A DNA stretch of 64,000 bases from Pseudovirgaria hyperparasitica (taxonomy: Eukaryota): the NCBI GenBank assembly GCA_010093815.1, contig ML996565.1; one strand, given 5' to 3'. The notes under the pieces are model-generated. The model was not told the origin of the DNA, searched no databases, and saw nothing but the letters and a program-made list of their open reading frames with translations. Numbering within the stretch: position 1 is the stretch's first letter; each line of letters starts with the position of its first letter. A program made the translations under genes and the position numbers. Below, piece by piece: positions 40,371-50,200 of the stretch.

Positions 40371-40406
<36 letters not shown>
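35103..40406 (+). mobile_element. LINE copy C, full length (5.3 kb), RIP-inactivated
   Basis: Exact TSD TATACTTCTATA at 35091-35102 and 40407-40418, with the empty site at ~9442-9453. Three ORF1 CCHC knuckles ~36375-36566; GDFNL ~37211; KAPG ~38149; GI(P)(Q)GS ~38711; YAD(D) ~38804; (TAT)n tail. Confidence 0.95.
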
Positions 40407-40410
<4 letters not shown>

Positions 40411-40933
40411 CTTCTATAGTTTAGTAATAGTTTATTATAATACCTTATATAGCTCTACTATAACTTATTATCTAGCTTTATATTATTAGAAGTTACTTAG
40501 TATATCTACTATTTCTTTATCTAAAAGCTCTATAATTTAGTCTAATATCTCTACTTCTTAGTTAGAAATAGCTAGAATTAATACTAATTATAGAGAATCT
40601 CTATTATTTAATATAGTATTACTTATCTCTATAGTAGATTATATTAATCTTCTTAGTTCTAGTTAGACTATCTTAACTATAGTACTATATAGAGAGTAAT
40701 TTAAATATAAGAATAGGGTTATTAGATAGTAGTATAGTTAGATAGAATAATAGAGTATATTCTATTATAGAATAAATTACTACTAAACTCTTTTAGTAGA
40801 AATCTAAGAGTATATATATAAAGAGACGCTAATCTATTTAGTATATAACTATTTACTATCTATTATACTACCTTCTAACTAAGTTAGCTAAGGTATATAT
40901 AGATATAGTTATATCTAAGGCTAGATTCTAATA

Positions 40934-41449
40934 ATAGTAGACTAGTCTTAATCTAGTTTAATCTAGATTCTAGACTTATTTCTAGTATCTATTCTATTTC
41001 TATAGTAAGCTCTTTAATATTCTAGACTAGACTCTAGAAGATATTAAGAAAGATAGTCTTTTCTTTCTTAATCTCTCTCTATATATATTATTTAATAATT
41101 AATTTTATCTAGAAGAGTATCTCTAACTAGGGTCCCCTCTATCTTCTTTATCTATAGTATTTTATATTTTTAGTTATTTATAGTCTTTTAGATAGAGATT
41201 TAATTATTCTAGAATATTCTATTATATAGCTATTTCTACTATACTAGTATTAGAGATATATCTAGTAGAAACTAGAGTATATTAGTATCTAAGGTCTCTA
41301 TAGTTATTAGTTAAGAGTTACCCTTAACTAATAAAAGAGAGTTAGTATATTAGTATTTACTAATAATAGTCTATACTTATATCTCTAAAGAGTTTTTAAG
41401 TATATATATATAGTATCTCTATATATTAGTATTATTATATTCTATATAC

Positions 41450-41480
<31 letters not shown>

Positions 41481-41577
41481 GATTATTATACTTAGTATAC
41501 TTTATTAATTAATATATATAGATTACTATATTACTCTAAATTAACTAGTTTTAGTCTCTTAGAGTATAAAGAAGTTT
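40934..41577 (-). mobile_element. LINE copy D: old 5' fragment (5' UTR and start of ORF1)
   Basis: Aligns to ~15760-16392 of copy A, including the hairpin (41304-41334) and the GAAGTT terminus; far more AT-shifted than A. Confidence 0.78.
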
Positions 41578-41591
41578 CTAGATATAATAGA

Positions 41592-41771
41592 TATTACTAT
41601 AATAGTAGTTAAGATATATTATTATTTAACTTAAGAAGTAGAGATAAATCTATAGAGACTCTAGCTTAAGTATAGTTTTAAGTAAGATTACGTAATATCT
41701 CTATCTAAGTCTTATCTATCCCGGCTCTATTATATAATACTAGAGATAAGATAAAGCTAAAGTCTATAATA
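41592..41771 (-). repeat. Isolated G1-family LTR relic
   Basis: End-to-end similarity to 5822-6003, differing mostly by transitions; no TSD. Confidence 0.78.
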
Positions 41772-41864
41772 AGAAGATATATAAGGCTTATTTATATAAA
41801 TTCCCTCTAGTTTAAGTATATAGTTATTAATATAGACGTTTAGAGTTATACTTAATTACATGAT

Positions 41865-41988
41865 TTATTAGTAGGTTGGCTTATTAGTAGATTAGCTTAT
41901 TAGTAGGTTAGCTTATTAGTAGGTTAGCTTATTAGTAGGTTGGCTTATTAGTAGGTTAGCTTATTAGTAGGTTGGCTCATTAGTAGGT
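41865..41988. repeat. 16-bp minisatellite (TTATTAGTAGGTTRGC) x ~7.7
   Basis: Head-to-tail units with no spacers; variants are G/A or C/T transitions. Confidence 0.92.
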
Positions 41989-42484
41989 ACGTTAACTTAG
42001 TAGGTATGTTAACTAACGTGTATCGCGTGTATAATATGTGCTAAGAGTTGCGCTAAAAAGGTTACGGACGGATCTCAAATGGGCTACTGTTGCTAGAGAT
42101 GTGTGACTGTTTATGATTCCTTCCGAATTCTACCTGTACTATGCCCTTCGCAGAATCATAACCAATGATACTTAAGCGGTGACGTGACCCACGTATGGAA
42201 TACAGGGGGTAACATGACCCACAAATGAAATCCAAGAGGTGACGCGATTCCTGTTTCAGCAAGCCTCTATTAATACTTCTAGTTTATCCCTCGCGCACGT
42301 ATGGCTAATCTCGTTTTCTCTGGAGCCATATATATAATATACGTAGTAGTATGGTTATTATGATGTGTTACCATTGCTCTAACTTCCCAGTCTTAGAGTT
42401 GACTACGGTCATTCTCTATCTTTTGCAAATTTTCGGGTTTTCGAAAGGCACACATGACTATAAGCTGGCTCTCTAGTCTCTTCG

Positions 42485-43606
42485 ATGCTATTCAAGACCG
42501 TGTTCACCAGAAGATCCGTATGGGGACTCGCCATCTTCGTCATTATCCTGGTTTTAATCGCCACTTCCGTATCTCATGGCCAGTGGACACACGCGGGAGA
42601 ATTAACTGGCTGGTCCAGACACATCAAGGATAAGCTAGGGAGCCTGGACGCTGCTCAGAACTCAACATTAGGCGTACGGGTTTTTCAAATATCAGATTGA
42701 AATCCATTCATATTAACGGTTGTATAGTTTGAACAGATTCTTGCACTCTCACGGGGCACAGAATGGCGAATTCATGGACTCCACGCCGCGGCCAATTTGA
42801 CCGGTATAGATATTGTCATCCCTCCACAGCCGTTCATCGGGGAAAACATGGTCCACTTCTTCATGGAGGATGGCCCGGATGATGTCAGGAAGCCACCATA
42901 CGGGTCCGCGAAAGCCTGGATCGCACACCTGGATTTATTGAAGCATGTTATACAGAGTGGAAGCAAGACAACCTTGATCTTGGAGGATGACGTCGACTGG
43001 AGCGTGCACATAAAGAGTCAGATGTCCACTGTTGCAATCAAAGCTCGCGAGTTCACGAAAGCACCATCTACCGCTATAAGTCCCTACGGTGATGACTGGG
43101 ACATCTTGTGGCTTGGACACTGCGGCGAATGGTACAATAAGGATGATCCACCAGAGCATCTTAGCTGGCCAGATGAGACTGTTTGTAGTCGTAAAGACTA
43201 TCGTAGTATATATGCCCCAGAGTCTCATCTGGGACTACCGGAAGGTCAGAGGACTATCATGAGATCGGTAAGCCCGATATGCACATGGGCGTATGCTGTC
43301 ACAGATGTTGGTGCGGCTCGACTGGTGGAGTGGGCGTCAAAAGCACAAGATCAAGCCTTTGACATCAAAACTCGAGCTGCGTGTTCTAGCGGGCACCTGA
43401 AATGCATCAGTGTGGTAGATCAGCTCTTCAGCCAATACCAACTGAACAATGAGATCGGAAGTACGAGCGACATAGATAACTCAATTAAGAACCCTAACGG
43501 TATCTCCATAGAACACGCGGAGAGTCGAATGGGGTCAACGGTGGTTATACGAGAAAGCGCTCGTTGCAGAGCCTTGTTTGACGATAACTGCTTTGCGACG
43601 AATTAG
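42485..43606 (+). CDS. Glycosyltransferase family 25-like type II membrane protein (~355 aa; exons 42485-42673, 42728-43606)
   Basis: N-terminal TM anchor; 54-bp GT-AG intron joins NSTLG|FEQILALS in frame; motifs W.AHLDLL, LILEDDVDW, PYGDDWDILWLGHC, PICTWAYAVT. Confidence 0.85.
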
Positions 43607-43933
43607 CTGGGTGTTTTAGGTAGCATTAGTATATAGGCAGGTAGTTACATAGTTATATATATTCAGTACAGTAGTTGAAGTATACACTGTCATACTAATT
43701 ACTAGATACTAAAGACTAGCGACCATATATAATTGGCTAATATAATGTTCTGCCTGTTCTTGTAAGTATTCTCGGACCCGAGAAGAATACTAGTACAGCC
43801 ATCTGGAATTAGAGATTAAGTCACTAATACCGCCAAAAGCCGACACGGAATAATATATAAGAGTCGATTCCTGTTCTTGATTAGTACTATAACCTTGAAA
43901 GACACGAAGGTTACCAGAGAAAAATTGGTCACG

Positions 43934-45489
43934 ATGGAACGAGATCCTGACACAGGTCTTTCCATTATTGTGACCGGCGCGGGTATAGCAGGCCTTTCAT
44001 TCGCGATCGAGGCCTATAGAAAGGGGCATAATGTTAAAGTGATAGAGCGACGGGCGAATTTCGAAGAACTTAGTATGTCTCGTTGATATTGCGATCGCAC
44101 TACTGCAATTTTACATTGACTGATTCCTTCTTCAGGTGATATGATCGCTATACAGCCCTCGGCTCTGCGCACCCCAGCCAAGTGGCCCGGCTTCTCAGAA
44201 CGCGTACGCAAGATAGCTTGGGAACCTGTACTTGAACTCTGGAAATACGATGGGGAGCATATCGACACCATGCATACTGGACAGGCAACCGACGGGAGTG
44301 CAGCGTTGCCGATCCCGCGAGCATATTTCCACAACGCGTTGCGAGGAGTTGCTGACGAAGTCGGCATCCCTATAAGCTTCTCGGCGGTTGCTGAGGAGTT
44401 CTGTGACCTTCCCGACTCCGCGTCAGTGCGACTTCGTGATGGGCAAGTCCTGAAGGCGGATGTGATTGTTGCTGCTGACGGGTGGCGGTCGAAGTCGCGA
44501 CTAGCCGTCGGAGATATCCCTGAGCCAATTAGCACAGGATACTCGATATATCGGGCAGCATATAAGGCTGAGGAGGCAATGCGGAACACTATTCTTAAGG
44601 AACACTGGAGGAGAGACAAGAGCCAGCTGGATGTTTTTTTCGGCGCAGATGCACACGCATTTGTCGGAAAGTCAGAGGATATGATTTTCTGGACATTAAC
44701 AAGACGAGATGTGAGCAACGACCATGTATCCTATCCTGGTAGTAAGAAGTCCTTATTGACATGGGAATAGCGAGGAGGCAACCTGGAGGAGGATCTCGCA
44801 GATTTCCAGGTTCCAATCCAGGAAGCACAGTCTGCGGTGAACGGCTGGGCGCCACTGCTCTCAGCATTGGTGCAGGAAACACCCAGCAATGCTGTGATTG
44901 ACTGGAAGCTGACCTGGAGAGACCCAGATCCAAGATGGTCGACTCCCAACGGCCGCATCGTACAGATCGGTGATGCTGCGCACACATTCCTTCCAACCTC
45001 AGCTAGTGGAGCAACGATGGCTATGGAGGACGCATTCACCTTGGCGACGTGTCTGGCGATGACAGCAAAGACCGACGTTGCTCGTGCGATACAGGTCTAT
45101 ATCACGCTTAGGTAAGTGTATGCAATGACTACCTCACTAGGTACATGCGTGAACTATGGGGTCCTGACAGAGCCAGGTTCGAACGTGTGGCAGCTGCCCA
45201 AAAGATGGGTATAAAAAACAGAGAGCGATTTCATCATTTAGACTGGGACGAGATACGGAGGGATCCCGCAAAGGTGATGGGTCAGATACCAAAGTGGATT
45301 TCCGACCACGATCCGGAGCAATATGCGGTGGACAACTTCGATGAATGCATGAAATGCATCCTAATAGGGACTCGGTTCGAAAATACCAATTCTGTTCCTG
45401 GGTATAAGTATGAAGATTGGACACTCAAGGACCTGATGGAGACGGTAGAGCGTGGTGAAAAGATTTTAGACGATGGCGATTGGACGTAG
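43934..45489 (+). CDS. FAD-dependent monooxygenase, salicylate-hydroxylase-like (~455 aa; exons 43934-44072, 44136-44710, 44771-45111, 45177-45489)
   Basis: GAGIAG Rossmann motif, ADG motif and IGDAAH..LP....GATMAMEDA motif; three canonical introns give an open 1368-nt frame. Confidence 0.9.
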
Positions 45490-45941
45490 GGCAATGATAC
45501 AGAAGCCGATCCTACAACAGTCTTGATACCACAGTGCCATAATAAGAAAGGATGCCTCTAGGAGGTGTAATTACTGTGGGCTCGAAACGATAGAGACAAC
45601 GCTAAGCTCGGTTGGCCTTGGAGAGTACGCGTGCCCGGTTGACTGTCAAACAAATGCTGTTAACTACTAATTACGACTGTAACCAATAATCTTGAAAGCG
45701 AGCAAGTTGTCATGTCCATTCTGGTGACATATATTCCACTGACAGCCTCATCGAAACACAAGCAAGGGTCACGTGGGAGCCCTCGCACCTGTTACTTAAT
45801 ATAGTGGAGTGGGCTTCTAATATGTCACAGGCCGCCTCTGCACGAGCATACAGCCAATCAAAGGCTGAGAAACGTGCTCAAACACGCTCTTATGCGCAGG
45901 TAATTCAAAGCTGCACACCTAATTATACAAAACTCTCAGGT

Positions 45942-45979
45942 CTATCTCTCTCGCTCTCTCGCTCTCTCTCTCTCTCTCT
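45942..45979. repeat. Imperfect (CT)n microsatellite upstream of the Ctr gene
   Basis: ctatctctctcgctctctcgctctctctctctctctct. Confidence 0.8.
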
Positions 45980-46320
45980 GTTGGCACGACCAATTCTTAA
46001 AGCATCTCCGCGTCCACACAAGATCACATTCATCATCCTCAATCAAATAAGAGTAAACTCGCTTCTCGAGTGTCAGACCACCTTCGTTCGATAGATACCC
46101 CCAAACCGTTGTTGTAAACACTAAAACCGCGGACCGATTGGTCTCACGTTACCTGCCTGGTGTGGATTTTTAAGCTGCATCTGGAATTCGGCGAAAATAC
46201 GAGATCGTGTGTCTCAAGTTCGGAACTCTAAGACTTACGACTCCAGCTACCTGGTCGCGCAAAGTCTGCCCGCCAAATCTGCTTCGCAGCGAATCTGTCT
46301 GAAGGATATTCTACGTCAAC

Positions 46321-46976
46321 ATGTTGAGCCCACGACACGGAGACGATATGGATATGGACATGGACATGTCGTCCATGAACATGTCCTCTACCATGTCCGG
46401 CCGCATGAACGCCTCGCAAATGAACATGGTCTTTTTCTCCGCCAGCACAACACCACTCTTCTCGTCAATGTGGATGCCTACCTCCACTGGCCATTATGTT
46501 GGAACATGCATCTTCCTCATCGTTCTTGCCTTTCTTTATCGCGCATCTTTCACGCTCAAGCACGTGCTCGAGAAGAAGTGGCGCAGTGTCGTCGTGCAGC
46601 GGAGGTATCTCCTTGCAGACACTACGGCGGCGAAGCGCGTCTCCATGGATTCGGATGCCAAGGAGGCGGTCCTAACCGTGGATGGAGTTGAAGAAAGAGT
46701 GCGGGTTGTGAGCCAGTCGAGCGACGATGTGCAGCCATGGAGATTCAGTGTAGATCTTCCGAGGAGTGTGCTGGTTACTGTGATGGTGGCGGTTGGATAT
46801 CTTCTGTAAGTCGCCTATACGGAGTTATCCCGAATGTGAACTTGCAATTGCTAATTACCAACAGCATGCTCGCAGTAATGACCATGAATGTTGGCTATTT
46901 TGCGTCGATTCTTGGTGGTGCGTTCGCCGGCGAGGTAGTGTTTGGCAGGTTTCTCGACTTTCAGACGCATCATTAA
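46321..46976 (+). CDS. Ctr-family copper transporter (exons 46321-46805, 46865-46976)
   Basis: Met-rich N-terminus (MDMDMDM), MNMVF, and YLLMLAVMTMN (MxxxM) across the intron; GxxxG in TM3. Confidence 0.92.
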
Positions 46977-48143
46977 AGAAATGTTTGTAGACTACCAATG
47001 CGAAGATGCTTGATAGCTTATCCTATCTCAATGTCGAAGCATGTCTTTAGCTAAGCCTGCATATGACCGGAACTGTTCAGAAAAACCATTGACGCACGTG
47101 AGAAGACAGATACATTACAAGCAGTACAAGCCACGATCACGAATTCAGGATTGCAGTGCAGTGCTGGCCTACGTTACACAATTCATTGACAAGTCTACAC
47201 AATCTGATCTGGACCACGGAAAGCTAATCAGTATGTCACCGCACAGATATCCCGCTATCTTGGTGTTCTTGGCTGTTCGACCGTGATCTTATCGGAACAA
47301 TGCAGCGACAACAACGCAGTCAAGACGGTGTGCGCCTTTTTGCGGCTGCCTGTACAGTTACATCACTCATGAAGGTCATGTCCGAGACAAACATAGTAAC
47401 AGTGTCGGGACAAACAAACTTAACAAAGAGAGTCTTGGCTGGTCACGTATGCCAAGGGCCGTGAGACATTCATTACGGCAGTGATTACATGTCAATCTTA
47501 GACTGAGAGGCATCTAGGACAAATACGATATAGTACACTTGCACAAACCCGGTGTGGAGAAGACAGCGGACCGTTCCTAAGTGCACCGTCCAAGGTATCT
47601 TACCCCTACCACTGTATGGATATATGTTTACTCACCAAGTAAGTACTATGTAAATTTCCACTGCGTCGGATGACTATGACTGGCTATGTTGACTATCATG
47701 GCTTGTCTCATCACTCCATGCTGTCGGACGGGCATTGGGTAGGTATAGAAGCGGCCAAGTCTAGGCGCATTGAATCCTTGGCCTTGGGGAGTTGGGACAA
47801 TGACAATAATAGCCAGCTGCAGCCCGCCAGTGCCACATGTAGACCACTCCGACATCCATCCCCTACACTACACACTACTATATAATTACACTATACTACT
47901 CTTTGATCTAACCTCGGGGCCCGGGAAGAAACACCACTGCCAAGAACTGCACATATAGAACTCCGTGCCTCTGCCCTCTGCCCATCGGCGTGACTGTCTT
48001 CGCTTACTACCTGCTGCGTACTGCTTTCTTCCATAGAGGAAAATCAAACACTATGGAACCCCAGCTACGAATGAGCCGATGAATTGAAAACCCACTGGTG
48101 AACCTTAACACTACGTCTTACGAACAAGTCGGACAGCTCACCA

Positions 48144-49130
48144 ATGCCCTCCCTCGCGAGTCTCCCGGTAGAGATACGCCTCGCTATCTTCCACTATGTT
48201 CTTCTCCCCAGCACCGACGACATGTACTCCCGTCCGCCTTCATGCCCGGCTACTGTCATAATTCATCCCGCCGATGTCAATACCCCTTCGGACCACCCCC
48301 GACGGTTCTGGGGTTCTTCCGACATGTCATCCCTCCTTCTCCTATGCCGGCTCATCCACACGGATATCCACATGCTGATCTACGCCTCCTCAACATTCGT
48401 TCTCGCACCGCAATCGACCGCAGTCACGCCTCTTACGCCAACACCATCACTAGTCGCACCTGCCTATACCGGGCGCCTCTCACCATCTCTTCGCGATACA
48501 ATTCGCCATCTCGACGTCCGCATTCCACTCTACATCCGCAGCATTCGTAACGATGCCCTCAAACTATGTATCGAGGCCCACGAGACGCTCTTCCCAGGCC
48601 TGCGCAGCGTAGTACTGAGGATCCTGCACATCAGTTTCGCATCGAACCCATTGGGCAAGTATCGAGAAAGCGTAATCATTCCACTTCTCTCTGCATTCCG
48701 CGGCGTCGACACCGTCTATCTGCACTGTCACGAGACGCGCTTCTTTGGCTGGGGCGCGGGCACACGGTCCAGTATCAATCATCCACCGCCTGCATCCGCT
48801 TCTACTCAGAGTTCTGGCGGAGACTGCAATGTGCATCCGAAAGTGAAGTTTGACGTCGTGGAGAGCTGGCAGGCATTTGTGAGGTTACCTGGTGGCGCGA
48901 TGCTGTATCGTAGCTCGGCCGGCAAGACGAGTCCCAAATTCGAGACACTTTGCGATGAGATCGTATGGCAGCGTACCCATGGGCGGAGCAGGCCTAGTGT
49001 TCTGGCCATTGAAGGTATGAACGAGCGGGAATGCCCGGGAGTGGAGGTAGCGTTTCGCAGTGCACAGACAGACCGGGCAATGGATGCGGTTGGTGATAGG
49101 AGGAGGGGCAGGAGAGTAATAAGATTCTGA
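48144..49130 (+). CDS. Hypothetical protein with N-terminal F-box-like motif (328 aa, intronless)
   Basis: Long open ORF; SLASLPVEIRLAIFHYVL followed by LLLLCRLIH.D....IY....F, a pattern common in fungal F-box-like orphans. Confidence 0.72.
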   Translation: MPSLASLPVEIRLAIFHYVLLPSTDDMYSRPPSCPATVIIHPADVNTPSDHPRRFWGSSDMSSLLLLCRLIHTDIHMLIYASSTFVLAPQSTAVTPLTPTPSLVAPAYTGRLSPSLRDTIRHLDVRIPLYIRSIRNDALKLCIEAHETLFPGLRSVVLRILHISFASNPLGKYRESVIIPLLSAFRGVDTVYLHCHETRFFGWGAGTRSSINHPPPASASTQSSGGDCNVHPKVKFDVVESWQAFVRLPGGAMLYRSSAGKTSPKFETLCDEIVWQRTHGRSRPSVLAIEGMNERECPGVEVAFRSAQTDRAMDAVGDRRRGRRVIRF

Positions 49131-49472
49131 TGAGCATGGGACTGTCTCGACATCAACACCTGGTATCACACGTACATAGTATAGTGTACATTTGGTTTGT
49201 GATTCTCACATTTTCCTTTGGGGTATTGGCGAGGCGTTTTGCGCGGGAACTTCGCTCCAAAAAGCATCACGAAGATGCAGATGTATCACGAATCATGACT
49301 GTAGAAGTACTTTAATCTATCCATACTCGCTCATCACTAGATCAGGTCTCTCTTCAAAGTCACATGTGTCTTTCCTATGCCAGCGCTAACAAAAGTCACG
49401 GGGTCTGCACCGGCCCTCCGTTCATTCACGGCACCCACTCTCGTGAGTTTCAGAGCTAATACTTCAACTGCC

Positions 49473-50200
49473 TCACATACCACCATCGCGATTCTTCTCA
49501 TCGATATGCTTGTATCGCTGCTGCTCGATCCTCCACCGATTCACCATCGCCACACAGAGAATGAGAAGCACGTCCAGACCTACCATACCAAACAGCGCAG
49601 TAAAAATGATATCCAGGAAACCGTTTGCATTCGCTGAAAACGGGCTGACACAACCGCCCTTCTGCGCCGCAACCAGGCTGTTTTGACAGGTGTTATCCTG
49701 CAGAAAGGGCGGTACAGTGCTGTTTGTGTAGCCACAGCAGTCGAAGCGCTCCTGCAAAAGGCTCTGCACGAGAGGGGCCTGATTGGACCAGATTGTAGAC
49801 AGCTTGGAGCGCGTGCGCAGTGTTTCGAACCAAATGGCGAGGCCAAGACCGAGAGTGAAGATGGCGCAGATGACAACGAGCCAGCCGTGAAGTTTGAGCC
49901 AGAAGCGGTTGGTGGGGACAAAAAACGCCGGCAGAGTGACGAGAAAAGTGAAGATGATGAGGATTGCGTTGACGATTCCGGCTGTGTGATGATTAGTTTG
50001 TGAAGTGGGAGTGACTGGTGACGGGAAGGTATACCGGTGAGAGGACATTGATCGAGGAGAATCTTATGCGCGACATTGTCGACTGCGGGCTCGTCTCTAC
50101 GGTCAGACTCGGAATTCAGTGAGAAGCCTAAGATGAGAGCACCTGTGCCCACAAAGAGGAGATCGACTCCGAAGTATGTGAGCATCAGTTTGCTAGGCAT
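49473..50200 (-). CDS. PLS1: Fungal tetraspanin Pls1 (224 aa; exons 50200-50035, 49981-49473)
   Basis: Four hydrophobic segments, FDCCGY in the large loop, C...A....GC, C-terminal RYKHIDEK; 53-bp intron joins CPLT|AGIVNA. Confidence 0.92.

Larger units (their letters stand above)
10508..40933 (-). mobile_element. E2: full-length (~7.4 kb net) Gypsy chromovirus of family E, interrupted by three LINEs and G3
   Basis: LTRs 10508-10737 and 40706-40933. Minus-strand RT IVYL(D)(D)ILIYS ~32853-32886; RNase H (DH.NL.YF..TKVLN...FKILYKA(G)RENKA(D)SL) ~32025-32170; chromodomain (YKI.WK.Y...(D)TW(E)P) ~25088-25142. Flanks do not form a clean TSD. Confidence 0.85.

Noticed and set aside
6845..40933. Family E as Copia because of its TATTAG/TGTTGG-like LTR end
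   Set aside because: RT-RNaseH-(IN)-chromodomain order and the YLDD/ADSLS motifs are Gypsy.
41592..41771. Clean solo LTR, or second LTR of G1
   Set aside because: No TSD (ATAGA/AGAAG), it is on the wrong side to be G1's 3' LTR, and its left flank resembles G1's PBS-side sequence.
41865..41988. CRISPR array or telomeric repeat
   Set aside because: Units are contiguous with no unique spacers, the DNA is eukaryotic, and the unit is not TTAGGG.
1..49130. Starship or other giant element carrying the accessory genes
   Set aside because: No tyrosine-recombinase captain or boundary repeats are visible in the window; an element extending beyond it cannot be excluded.
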